Source: Candidatus Omnitrophota bacterium (GTDB lineage Bacteria; Omnitrophota; Gorgyraeia; Gygaellales; Profunditerraquicolaceae). From it: DNA of 64,000 bases. The notes under the pieces were generated by a model. That model searched no databases and was not told the DNA's origin. It saw only the letters and a list, made by a program, of their open reading frames with translations. This document shows, in pieces, positions 1 through 9,563 of this stretch (positions are counted from its first letter, which is position 1; the number at the start of each line of letters is the position of its first letter). Where the stretch lies: NCBI GenBank assembly GCA_026387335.1, contig JAPLLX010000002.1, positions 77,326-141,325 of the forward strand, given 5' to 3'. The position numbers and the translations under genes are program-made.

Positions 1-940
1 CGAACAGAAAATAAGAGCAGTCCTGTTTTACTTAAGTCTGGCGGTATTTTTCTCCGGGCTCCCGCTGATTTTATCATTCTCCTTAGGTTATAAGTTTGAC
101 CCGCGCACATTTAAGTTTACTAAGACCGGGATCGTCAGTTTAAAAACTCAGCCCCAGGGAGCAGATGTTTACCTGGACGGCAGGCTCCTGGATCAGAAGA
201 CCCCGCTTACTATTAATGAACTTCTCCCCGGTTCATATAATCTTAGGGTCGAGTTAAAACATTATTATCCGTGGTCCTCTCAAATCAATGTCCAACCGCG
301 TAAAGTCATCCGCTTTGAAAAAATAATACTTTTTCCTTCCCGCCCGAATATAGAACAGCTGAATCAGGATAAAGTATCGTATTTCTGGCTGGATAAAGCA
401 GGGGGGAGGGTCTATTATTTCAATCAAAATGATAATATTCTCTATAAGTCTAATCTTAACGGAGATAGGTTTGAAGAAATAGGAAGTATCCCGGCAGAAT
501 TTTCGGCGTTACCCAGGGAATTAAAAATTTCTCCCGACAGGCAAAAGATGCTTATCTTTAACGCGCATCAGATCTGTACGCTTTATTTAAAGCCGCAAGG
601 CAATTTATCATATGTTCAGGCGCCGGTAGTTTATAATTTTCCGAAAAAACAGATCAACAATGTATTCTGGCATTCAGACAGCTATCACCTTATTTTAGCC
701 ACGGATACTAATATTGAAGCTTTGGAGATTGAATCCCGGTCTGATCCGGTTGCCCTGGTAAGCCTGAACAATAAGATGGCGGATATATTTTATGATACCG
801 ATAAAGACACGCTTTATTTTATGGACTCCCAGAAAGGCGTTGACGAAGCTATCTACGAAAACGTATATAAACTGGAATTAAATAATGAAAATAATATTCT
901 AAATGAACTCATGGGGATAAGAAAGAATGTGGAAGAATAG
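1..940 (+). CDS. PEGA domain-containing membrane protein (5' truncated by the window edge; reading frame starts at nt 2)
   Basis: Frame-2 ORF is open from nt 2 through 940; the track ORF 548-940 is only its 3' part. The translation has an N-terminal TM segment (AVLFYLSLAVFFSGLPLILSF) and a PEGA-like stretch (GADVYLDGRLLDQKTPLTINELLPGSYNLRVEL). Confidence 0.55.
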   Translation, partial: EQKIRAVLFYLSLAVFFSGLPLILSFSLGYKFDPRTFKFTKTGIVSLKTQPQGADVYLDGRLLDQKTPLTINELLPGSYNLRVELKHYYPWSSQINVQPRKVIRFEKIILFPSRPNIEQLNQDKVSYFWLDKAGGRVYYFNQNDNILYKSNLNGDRFEEIGSIPAEFSALPRELKISPDRQKMLIFNAHQICTLYLKPQGNLSYVQAPVVYNFPKKQINNVFWHSDSYHLILATDTNIEALEIESRSDPVALVSLNNKMADIFYDTDKDTLYFMDSQKGVDEAIYENVYKLELNNENNILNELMGIRKNVEE

Positions 941-2420
941 GACTATAAAGAGGTGGTTAGAGGTTATTCCGGGTTTTTTATCCTGGGCAATAGTGCTGGG
1001 CCTTATTTTATTAGCCATAGTTAACCCCGTTTCCTGCGCCGTTATCATCATAGTCTTTGATTTTTATTGGATCATCCGCACGGTTTATCTGACCACCCTC
1101 TTAGCTATGGCCCACCATAAGCTTTACCGGCAAAGGGATAAAGATTGGCTAAGCGAATGCCGGAAACTTAAAGATAATAGCGCCCTGAGCAGGTTAAAGC
1201 ACCTGGTCATCTTTCCGGTGTATAAAGAGGGAGTAGATATTTTAAGGCCGTCTTTAAGGGCTATACAGGAATGCAATTATCCGAAAGATAAGCTTATTGT
1301 GGTTGTGGCTTTTGAAGAACGTAATCCCAACTCCAGAGAGAACGCCTTAAGGTTAGAATCCGAGTTTAAAGATAAATTCTTTCGCTATATCTCCACTTTT
1401 CATCCGGATGGCCTTCTGGGCGAGAGCCGGACTAAAGGCGCCAATGCCACCTGGAGCGCAAAGAAGGCCAGGGAATTATTAAAATCCGAAAATATCCGGG
1501 ACGAAGATGTGGTTGTCTCTTGCTTTGACGCGGATACCTGCGTGGAAAAAGAGTATTTTGGCTGCCTCACTTACCATTTTATGACTTCAGCCAATCCGCA
1601 TCAGGCAAGTTACCAGCCTATCCCGGTCTATAACAATAATATATGGCAGGCTCCTTCATTTGCCCGGCTGGTTGAGATAAGCTCATCATTCTGCCAGATG
1701 ATTGAAAGCATGCGCCTGGAAAAATTCGTCACCTTTTCCAGCCATAGCATGAGTTTTAAGACTTTAGTGGATATAGGTTATTGGCCCGTGGATATGGTTT
1801 CAGATGATTCAGTAATTTACTGGAAGGCCTTTCTCTTTTTTAAAGGGGCCTACCGGGTGGTGCCGTTATATATTACAGTTTCCATGGATGTGGCCTATTC
1901 CAGCAATTTCTTTAAGACGATCCAGATGCAGTATAAGCAGAAGAGAAGGTGGGCCTGGGGGGTGGAGAACTTTCCGTTTTTAGTAAACGGGTTTTTAAAT
2001 GAGAAACAAATACCTTGGGCGGTAAAAATAAGAAGGTCGTTCCATCTTCTGGAAAGCCACGTGACCTGGGCGGTTTGGGCGATTATACTGGTTTTTATCG
2101 GGCCTCTGCCGCTTATTCTGGGCGGGACATTCTTTAATCAAATGGCTATAGGCTACAATTTGCCTAAGGTAACCGGCCTGCTTTTTAATTTTACTTTCCT
2201 GGCTAGCTTGGCTTGGATAGCCCTGAGCCGTATAATTTTGCCTCCCCGGCCAAAAGAGGTCAGCTGGATGAAAAATGTAGTGATGATACTGGAATGGTTC
2301 TTGGTCCCTTTTATAATACTGATCCTGGGATCTCTTCCGGCGCTGGACGCGCAAACGCATTTATTATTGGGCAGGTATATGGAATTTAATCCTACTCATA
2401 AAAGCAAGAGGATGGTATAA
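927..2420 (+). CDS. Family 2 glycosyltransferase, integral membrane (cellulose-synthase-like / processive GT2)
   Basis: GT2 motifs (IVVVAFEERN, CFDADT) with several C-terminal TM helices. It overlaps the PEGA gene by 14 nt, which suggests coupling. Confidence 0.6.
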   Translation: MWKNRTIKRWLEVIPGFLSWAIVLGLILLAIVNPVSCAVIIIVFDFYWIIRTVYLTTLLAMAHHKLYRQRDKDWLSECRKLKDNSALSRLKHLVIFPVYKEGVDILRPSLRAIQECNYPKDKLIVVVAFEERNPNSRENALRLESEFKDKFFRYISTFHPDGLLGESRTKGANATWSAKKARELLKSENIRDEDVVVSCFDADTCVEKEYFGCLTYHFMTSANPHQASYQPIPVYNNNIWQAPSFARLVEISSSFCQMIESMRLEKFVTFSSHSMSFKTLVDIGYWPVDMVSDDSVIYWKAFLFFKGAYRVVPLYITVSMDVAYSSNFFKTIQMQYKQKRRWAWGVENFPFLVNGFLNEKQIPWAVKIRRSFHLLESHVTWAVWAIILVFIGPLPLILGGTFFNQMAIGYNLPKVTGLLFNFTFLASLAWIALSRIILPPRPKEVSWMKNVVMILEWFLVPFIILILGSLPALDAQTHLLLGRYMEFNPTHKSKRMV

Positions 2421-2477
2421 TAATTTCCAGTCGGAAAGATCAAATATCAGGATTTTAATTTTAGGGAGGCTAGAAAT

Positions 2478-3551
2478 ATGAGCATTAAGAAATTAATGCA
2501 AGAGATGGTTGAACGTAACGCCTCGGACTTATTTTATCGGGCAGGAGGGAGCGCGCGTTTAAAAATTGACGGTAAATTGCTTTCCGTGGATGAGAAAATA
2601 CTTACCGTTGATGATGTTGTCGCGGCAGCGCAGGAATTAACCACCGCCAAGCAGCGGGAGTTTTTCAAGCATAATTTAGATGTGGATTTTGCTATTTACT
2701 TAGAGGAGCTGGGTTTGCGGTTTCGGGTCAGCATATTTATGCAGAGAAACTGGCCCTCTATTGTCATAAGAAAAGTAAATAATACAACCCAGACGTTTGA
2801 GGAGTTAAGCTTACCGGCGGATGTTTTGAATAGATTATCCATGGAAAGAGGCGGCCTGGTCCTTTTAACCGGCAGTATGGGCTCTGGCAAATCTACGACT
2901 ATTGCCAGTATGATCGACCACATTAACAATAATAGCCGAAAACATATCCTGACCATTGAGGAGCCGATAGAGTTTACTTTTAAAGATAAAGAATCGCTTA
3001 TTAATCAAAGAGAACTGGGTATTGATGTTGCATCTTATCCGGCAGCCCTGCGCTCTTTTGCTTTACAAAGTCCCGATGTTTTATTTATCAGCAATATTCG
3101 CGATATGGAGACTATGGCTAGCGCTCTTACCGCGGCCGAAACAGGAGTATTGGTATTAAGCACCCTGCATACGATTAATGCCGCCCAGACTATAGAGAGG
3201 ATCATTAATTTATTTCCCGCGCATCAGCATCAGGAGGTCAGGAACCAGCTTTCTTCTCTTTTAAAAGGCGTCATATCTTTAAGGCTTGTTCCGGCAAAGA
3301 GCGGTAAAGGCAGGATCCCGGCTTATGAGGTTATGCTGCTTACGCCTACCATTAGCCGTTTGATCCGCGAAGGAAAGATTTGGGAAATCCCCCAGTTTAT
3401 TGATGATGGGTCAATTTTTGGAATGCAGTCTTTTACGCAGTCGCTGATAAAATTAGTCCGGGAGGGCAAGGTCAGCGAAGAAGACGCTATTTATTTCGCA
3501 GATAGTAAAGATGAATTTACCTTAGCGCTAAGAGGCATAAGAAGGAACTAG
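2478..3551 (+). CDS. pilT: Type IV pilus retraction ATPase PilT
   Basis: Walker A (GSMGSGKST), a PilT-type His box and the PilT C-terminal signature (SLLKGVISLRLV). RBS GGGAGG lies upstream. Confidence 0.9.
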   Translation: MSIKKLMQEMVERNASDLFYRAGGSARLKIDGKLLSVDEKILTVDDVVAAAQELTTAKQREFFKHNLDVDFAIYLEELGLRFRVSIFMQRNWPSIVIRKVNNTTQTFEELSLPADVLNRLSMERGGLVLLTGSMGSGKSTTIASMIDHINNNSRKHILTIEEPIEFTFKDKESLINQRELGIDVASYPAALRSFALQSPDVLFISNIRDMETMASALTAAETGVLVLSTLHTINAAQTIERIINLFPAHQHQEVRNQLSSLLKGVISLRLVPAKSGKGRIPAYEVMLLTPTISRLIREGKIWEIPQFIDDGSIFGMQSFTQSLIKLVREGKVSEEDAIYFADSKDEFTLALRGIRRN

Positions 3552-3565
3552 ACAGGAGAGTTGGG

Positions 3566-4673
3566 ATGTTAGATGAGATAAAAACCAAACTTAGCCTTAT
3601 CCAGATCAGCCTGGAGCAACTAAGAGGTTATCTTTGACATTGATAACAAAAAGAAGCTTATAGCGGATTTATCGGCGAAGATGTCCGAGCCCGGATTTTG
3701 GGATGCCGGCGAGAATTCTACGAAAATAGTCCGGCAGCTCAAAATCCTTAAAAATACGGTTGAACCGTGGGACTCCGCGGGTAAAAAATTTCAGGAGTTG
3801 CAAGAACTCACCCTTCTCCTTAAACCCCAGGATAGCGAATTCTTTTCAGATCTAAACAAGTCCGCGGATTCTCTTCTGAAGGAGTTGGGAGCGTTAGAAT
3901 TTAAGACTCTTCTATCCGGAGAACTTGACCCGAACAACGCGATTTTAAGCATCAACGCCGGAGCCGGCGGGACCGAGTCTTGCGATTGGGCAGAGATGCT
4001 TTTTAGGATGTATTCCCGTTTTTGCGAGAAGAGAGGCTGGAAGGTCAAGGCTATAGATGTGCTTTATGGAGAAGAAGCCGGCATAAAGAATGTCACGGTT
4101 TTAGTTGAAGGGGATTATGCTTACGGTTATCTTAAGGAAGAGCGCGGAGTGCATAGGTTAGTGCGTATATCGCCTTTTGACGCTAATAAGCGCAGGCATA
4201 CATCTTTCGCTTCGGTAGATGTGATCCCTGAAGTCCTGGAGGATATAGACGTAAAACTGGAAGAAAAAGACTTAAGGATCGATGTTTACCGTTCCAAGGG
4301 CGCGGGAGGCCAAAGCGTAAATACTACGGATTCCGCGGTGAGGATCACGCACCTACCCAGCGGAATAGTCGCGCAATGCCAGAACGAACGCTCGCAGCAT
4401 CAGAATAAACAGACAGCGTTAAAGATCTTAAAGGCGCGCATATATGATATGGAAAGGCTTGCTCGGGAAGCAGAGATGCTCAAAAATTACGCCGGAGGGA
4501 AAAAGAAGATAGAATTCGGAAGCCAGATCCGCTCTTATGTTATGCACCCCTACAGTATGGTTAAGGACCACCGCACAGATCATGAGACCGGGGATGTTTC
4601 TAGCGTCATGGATGGGGCCCTGGATGAATTTATTGAAGCGAATTTAAAGTTGCAAAAAGGAAGAAAAAAATAA
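3566..4673 (+). CDS. prfB: Peptide chain release factor 2, requiring a programmed +1 ribosomal frameshift at CUU UGA C (3632-3638)
   Basis: ATG at 3566 encodes MLDEIKTKLSLIQISLEQLRGYL and then hits an in-frame TGA at 3635. The +1 frame continues DIDNKKKLIADL..., with SPF and GGQ motifs downstream. The N-terminus matches the E. coli RF2 ...LRGYLD... frameshift context. Confidence 0.9.
3623..3638 (+). promoter_or_regulatory. prfB: RF2 autoregulatory +1 frameshift site: internal SD-like AGAGGT followed by CTT TGA C
   Basis: Sequence AGAGGTTATCTTTGAC. This is the canonical CUU-UGA-C slippery/stop context, with an SD-like element 3 nt upstream of CUU. Confidence 0.85.
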
Positions 4674-7600
4674 TGTTAAGGTATATTAAAAAATTGGCTT
4701 TAAGCAGCAAGCAGAAACAGATCAATCGCCTGGCTCCCGGAGTGAAGATATTTTTACATCCGGATATGCCGCAGCCATCAATGCATAAAATGGCCCAGAT
4801 AAGCTCTATAGTGTATGCGGTTAACGCGCTGGAAGCAAAAGTCAGCGGTTTGACCGATGAGCAGTTAAGGGCCAAGACACCGGAATTTAAGGAACATATC
4901 CAGCGGGAGGCGAAAGTCTATGAGCAGGAATTACTGGAGTTGGAAGAGGCGATGCTCTCCGTGGCTATTCCGGAAGAAAAAGAGAAATTAAAGGAAAAGC
5001 TTAAATTTACGCGCAATAATGTTTTTAAAGATATCCTCCCCGAAGCGTTCGCGATAGTCAGGGAGGCGGCCAAAAGGACAATAGGCCTGCGGCATTTTGA
5101 TTCCCAGCTCGCCGGAGGCGTAATCTTACACGAAGGCCGGATCGCGGAGATGTCTACCGGTGAAGGAAAAACTCTGGTGGCGACCCTTCCGGCGTATCTG
5201 AACGCCCTTCTGGGTAGAGGAGTGCATATAGTCACGGTAAACGATTATCTGGCCCGCCGCGACTCAGAGTGGATGGGGCCGGTCTATGAATTTTTAGGGT
5301 TAAGTGTGGGGGTCATCCAGCATGAGATGTCCGACGAGCAAAGGAAGCTGGCTTATTCCTGCGATATCACCTACGGGACAAACAATGAATTTGGCTTTGA
5401 TTACCTGCGCGACAACATGAAGTATTCACTGGAAGATCTTGTGCAGAGGCCTTTTTACTACGCCATAGTTGACGAAGTAGATTCAATATTGGTGGACGAG
5501 GCGCGCACCCCGTTGATTATCAGCGGAGCGGCTGAGGAGTCTACGGGAAAATATTTTACCGCTAAAAATATCGCCGACCAGCTAAAGGGCAGGCGGGTTA
5601 CCGAGAGGGACGAGATAGACGCTAAATACAAGGGCCTGGATTTAGGCAAGGGCTTTGATTATGTGGCGGATGAAAAAGCCCAGACCATAGCCTTGACTGA
5701 TGACGGTGAAACAAGGGCAGCCCAGCTTTGGGGGGTAGAGAGCCTGCATAATATTGAAACTATAGAATGCCGGCATCATACTATCGCCGCCCTAAGGGCC
5801 AAAGAATTTTATGAGCGCGATGTAGATTATGTAATTAAGGATGGCGAAGTCATTATTGTTGATGAATTCACCGGCCGCATGATGCCGGGGAGGCGCTGGT
5901 CAGACGGCTTACATCAGGCAGTGGAAGCCAAGGAAGGGATGAAGATAGAACGCGAGAACCAGACGTTAGCCACGGTTACCTTTCAGAATTATTTCCGGAT
6001 GTATGAAAAGCTAGCCGGAATGACCGGGACCGCTTTTACTGAAGCCAATGAGTTTAAGAATATATACCAGCTGGATGTTATAGTCATCCCGACAAATAAG
6101 CCGCTAATCCGGGCAAATTACCCTGACCGTATTTATAAAACAGAAAAAGAAAAATTTGCAGCGGTAGTTGAAGAAATCGTCGAACTTTATAATTCAGGCA
6201 GGCCGGTTTTGGTAGGCACCATCTCAATTGATAAGTCTGAGCGGCTCGCGCAGATGCTTAAACTGCGCGGGATAACCCATCAGGTGCTTAACGCCAAATA
6301 TCATGAGTTGGAAGCGCAGATTGTCGCCCAGGCCGGAAGGTTTAAGGGTGTTACTATCGCCACCAATATGGCCGGCCGGGGGACAGATATTTTATTAGGC
6401 GGTAACCCGGAATTTATGGCTAAAAATGTAGCCAAACAAAAACTTAATACTGAAGATCCTGCTTATCAGGAAGAGTATAAAAAAATATTGGATAAATATA
6501 AGCAGGAGACTGAGACTGAGCATAATAAAGTAGTGGAATTAGGCGGCCTGCATGTTTTAGGGACTGAACGGCATGAAGCGCGCAGGATTGATAATCAGTT
6601 GCGCGGCCGCTGCGGCCGTCAGGGAGACCCTGGTTCATCCAGATTTTATGTTTCTTTAGGGGATGACCTGATGCGGCTTTTTGGTTCTGACCGGCTTATC
6701 GGCATTATGGATAAGCTGGGGTTAGAAGAAGGCCAGGTCATTGAGCATCCCTGGGTCAGCCGCTCCATTGAAATTGCCCAGAGGCGGGTTGAGCAGCATA
6801 ACTTTGAAATAAGAAAGCAGCTTTTGGAATATGATAATGTAATGAATAAGCAGAGAGAGATAATTTACGGCCAGCGCCACCAGATCCTGCAGGGGATTTC
6901 TTTAAGAGAGAGAGTGTTGGAGATCGCCGAAGCCGTTGTGGATAATCTTATGAGTATCTATTTTCCGGATAATTCTTCCGGAGCTGATCCGGACTTGGAA
7001 GGTTTTGTGACCGCGCTAAATTCTAAATTCGCTTTAGTGCCCGCCGCGGAAATGCTGAATAATAATTCTAAAAACGGCCTTAGGCAAGAATTATTTAATC
7101 AGGTAATCAGCCTTTATGAAAATAAAGAAAAGGCAATCGGCTTAGATTTAATGCGGCATTTAGAGCGTATGGTATTCTTGCAGATCATTGACGCCAAATG
7201 GAAGGATCATTTATACGCTATGGATAGCCTGCGCGAAGGCATAGGGTTACGCGCTTATGGCCAACGCGATCCGTTAGTGGAGTATAAACGCGAGGCATTT
7301 GGTATGTTTAGTCAAATGGTCGCTTCCATTGAAGAGGAGTCAGTAGAGGCTATTTTCAAACTGCAACCGTCCCAGCCGCAGAGTTTTAGAGGGGCATTTA
7401 GTTCCGTGCATCAGGAGCTTTCGCATCCTGAGATTACCGGACTACAAGGCCCCCAAGAAGGAGACAGCGGCGAAGATTTTGCAGCCGCTGAAGAAGGGCC
7501 ATCCCAAAAAACAGTAAAATTATCCCACCCTAAAGTCGGACGCAATGAGCCTTGCCCTTGCGGTTCCGGCAAAAAATATAAAAAATGTTGCGGCAAATAA
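4673..7600 (+). CDS. secA: Preprotein translocase ATPase SecA
   Basis: DEAD-like motor motifs (MSTGEGKTLVATLPAYLNAL, VTVNDYLARRD) and a C-terminal zinc-binding tail (CPCGSGKKYKKCCGK). The start overlaps the prfB stop (TAATG). Confidence 0.95.
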   Translation: MLRYIKKLALSSKQKQINRLAPGVKIFLHPDMPQPSMHKMAQISSIVYAVNALEAKVSGLTDEQLRAKTPEFKEHIQREAKVYEQELLELEEAMLSVAIPEEKEKLKEKLKFTRNNVFKDILPEAFAIVREAAKRTIGLRHFDSQLAGGVILHEGRIAEMSTGEGKTLVATLPAYLNALLGRGVHIVTVNDYLARRDSEWMGPVYEFLGLSVGVIQHEMSDEQRKLAYSCDITYGTNNEFGFDYLRDNMKYSLEDLVQRPFYYAIVDEVDSILVDEARTPLIISGAAEESTGKYFTAKNIADQLKGRRVTERDEIDAKYKGLDLGKGFDYVADEKAQTIALTDDGETRAAQLWGVESLHNIETIECRHHTIAALRAKEFYERDVDYVIKDGEVIIVDEFTGRMMPGRRWSDGLHQAVEAKEGMKIERENQTLATVTFQNYFRMYEKLAGMTGTAFTEANEFKNIYQLDVIVIPTNKPLIRANYPDRIYKTEKEKFAAVVEEIVELYNSGRPVLVGTISIDKSERLAQMLKLRGITHQVLNAKYHELEAQIVAQAGRFKGVTIATNMAGRGTDILLGGNPEFMAKNVAKQKLNTEDPAYQEEYKKILDKYKQETETEHNKVVELGGLHVLGTERHEARRIDNQLRGRCGRQGDPGSSRFYVSLGDDLMRLFGSDRLIGIMDKLGLEEGQVIEHPWVSRSIEIAQRRVEQHNFEIRKQLLEYDNVMNKQREIIYGQRHQILQGISLRERVLEIAEAVVDNLMSIYFPDNSSGADPDLEGFVTALNSKFALVPAAEMLNNNSKNGLRQELFNQVISLYENKEKAIGLDLMRHLERMVFLQIIDAKWKDHLYAMDSLREGIGLRAYGQRDPLVEYKREAFGMFSQMVASIEEESVEAIFKLQPSQPQSFRGAFSSVHQELSHPEITGLQGPQEGDSGEDFAAAEEGPSQKTVKLSHPKVGRNEPCPCGSGKKYKKCCGK

Positions 7601-9561
7601 GAAAACAATTAGCAACTGAGTTAATTTTATGTTTCTCTAGCGCGCTCCTGCTTATCCTTTCCTTTTCTTCAAGTAAGTGGTGCTGGGTATTCGCCTGGGT
7701 GTCTTTTGTGCCGTTGTTTTTTGCTCTGGAGAACAAAGGGGCTAAGCGAGCGTTTGGCCTGGCTTACTTTACGGGAATATTATTCTGGTCAGGCACAATA
7801 TATTGGTTAGCTAACGTAACTATTTTCGGCCAGATCCTTTTAATCCTGTATCTTGCGCTTTATTTTGGCCTGTTTGGTTTATTAATGACCCGGCCATTTG
7901 CCAAATGCAGCCTGTTATTTATACCCGCATTATGGGTCTTCCTTGAATATGCGCGCAGCCATCTTCTAACGGGCTTTCCCTGGGCTTTGCTGGGTTACTC
8001 GCAGTACGCGAATCTGGCGATTATCCAGATTGCCGATATCGCCGGAGTCTGGCTCGTCTCTTTCCTGGTCATGTTTGTGAATGTCGCTATTAAGGAAGCA
8101 TGGTCCAGGAGGCAGCGCAGGTATCTATTTTTTGCCGGTATTTTTTTAGCCCTCAGTCTTGCTTATGGGTCTTTAAGGTTGCCTAAGATCGAGAGCCCGG
8201 AGACATTAAGAATATCTGTTGTGCAGGGGAATATCCCGCAGGAGTTAAAATGGGAAGAGAGGGCCAGAGAATTTGTAATCAACAGGTATTTTAAGTTAAC
8301 CGGTGAGGCCAAGAAAGACGCGCCGGATTTAATCATCTGGCCTGAAGCAGCCCTGCCGGTAGTCCTGGAAGAGCAACCTCTTTATTATGAAAGATTAAGC
8401 CGGTACACAAAAACAATCGGCCGGCCGTTAATTTTTGGCGCGGTCACCAGCCGTAACGACGCTTATTATAATAGCGCGCTGCTCTTATCTAAAGAAGGCA
8501 GATTATTAAGGAGTTACGATAAGTTCCACCTTGTTCCGTTCGGTGAGTTTATTCCTTTCCGAAAGGCTTTTCCGTTCCTAGAGACAATCGCTCCCATTGG
8601 CGATATTACCAGGGGCCGGGATTATACCCTGTTTAATATCCAGCATCAGGGTTTAAGGATAAGGCATCAATTCGGGGTATTGATCTGTTTTGAAGATGTT
8701 TTTCCGGAATTAGCCAGGGAATTTGTAAACAAGGGCGCGGATTTTCTGGTCAATATTACCAATGACGCCTGGTTTGGCAAGACTACCGAAGCCTACCAGC
8801 ATCTGGCCGCTTCGGTTTTTAGGGCGGTAGAGAACAGGGTTTGCCTGGTGCGCTCGGCCAATACCGGCATCTCCGGATTTATCGACCCGCAAGGAAGAGT
8901 TGTTCCTTTAGCTGACGCGCAAGGTAATTTAATTTTTACCCCGGGCTATAAAACAGAGAATATATTTTTGCCCGCGCATGCGTCATTTTACGGTTATTAC
9001 GGAGATTTTCTGATTCCTCTATGTTTATTGCTTCTTATATATATTATACTTTTTTCTTTATATAAAAAGGCGATGCGTAAGATCCTGCTGATTTCTCTGC
9101 TTATTTTGGCTATTTATTCAGCGATAAATTATTATTTCGCCGATAAATATTATTTTCTTTGCCCTATACGTTACGATACTAGTCTTATTGTCCGTAGCGA
9201 TTCCCGGGGGGATGGTTTTTTCGGCTCCAGCCGTAATGGCAATAGGATGCATCAGGGGATTGATTTGTTTGCCCAGGTCGGCACTCCGGTTTTGGCAGCT
9301 CGTTCGGGTATAGTTACGGCGGCCAAGAGCAACCGGGGTATGGGTAAGTATGTTATCATCCGCCATAGTTTTAATCTGGTCAGTATTTACGGACACCTCT
9401 CCCAGATTTTCGTTACTAAGAATCAAATCCTGCGCCAGGGACATATTATCGGCAGCGTTGGCAAGACCGGAAACGCCAGGCATCCCGGGATACAGCCGCA
9501 CTTGCATTTTGAGGTCAAGAAAAACGGCATTCCCCAGGATCCCTTGGAGTATTTAAAATAA
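7585..9561 (+). CDS. lnt: Apolipoprotein N-acyltransferase (Lnt) fused in frame to a C-terminal M23 (LytM-type) metallopeptidase domain
   Basis: Residues 1-~495 carry Lnt TM helices plus the CN-hydrolase domain (ISVVQGNIPQE..., IIWPEAALP, CFEDVFPE, NITNDAWFG). From the internal ATG at 9073 (MRKILLISLLILAIYSA...) there is an M23 domain (HQGIDLFAQVGTPV..., GHLSQIFV, HLHFEV). There is no stop between the two. Confidence 0.8.
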   Translation: MLRQIRKQLATELILCFSSALLLILSFSSSKWCWVFAWVSFVPLFFALENKGAKRAFGLAYFTGILFWSGTIYWLANVTIFGQILLILYLALYFGLFGLLMTRPFAKCSLLFIPALWVFLEYARSHLLTGFPWALLGYSQYANLAIIQIADIAGVWLVSFLVMFVNVAIKEAWSRRQRRYLFFAGIFLALSLAYGSLRLPKIESPETLRISVVQGNIPQELKWEERAREFVINRYFKLTGEAKKDAPDLIIWPEAALPVVLEEQPLYYERLSRYTKTIGRPLIFGAVTSRNDAYYNSALLLSKEGRLLRSYDKFHLVPFGEFIPFRKAFPFLETIAPIGDITRGRDYTLFNIQHQGLRIRHQFGVLICFEDVFPELAREFVNKGADFLVNITNDAWFGKTTEAYQHLAASVFRAVENRVCLVRSANTGISGFIDPQGRVVPLADAQGNLIFTPGYKTENIFLPAHASFYGYYGDFLIPLCLLLLIYIILFSLYKKAMRKILLISLLILAIYSAINYYFADKYYFLCPIRYDTSLIVRSDSRGDGFFGSSRNGNRMHQGIDLFAQVGTPVLAARSGIVTAAKSNRGMGKYVIIRHSFNLVSIYGHLSQIFVTKNQILRQGHIIGSVGKTGNARHPGIQPHLHFEVKKNGIPQDPLEYLK

Positions 9562-9563
9562 AT

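Noticed and set aside
548-940. Track ORF 548-940 treated as an independent 130-aa gene
   Set aside because: The same frame is open back to nt 2 with a coherent PEGA-domain translation, so the Met at 548 is internal to a gene that starts before the window.
4673-4850. Apparent ~25-aa insertion near the SecA N-terminus (APGVKIFLHPDMPQPSMHKMAQISS)
   Set aside because: This region of SecA is variable among phyla and an alternative internal start is possible. There is insufficient evidence for anything unusual.
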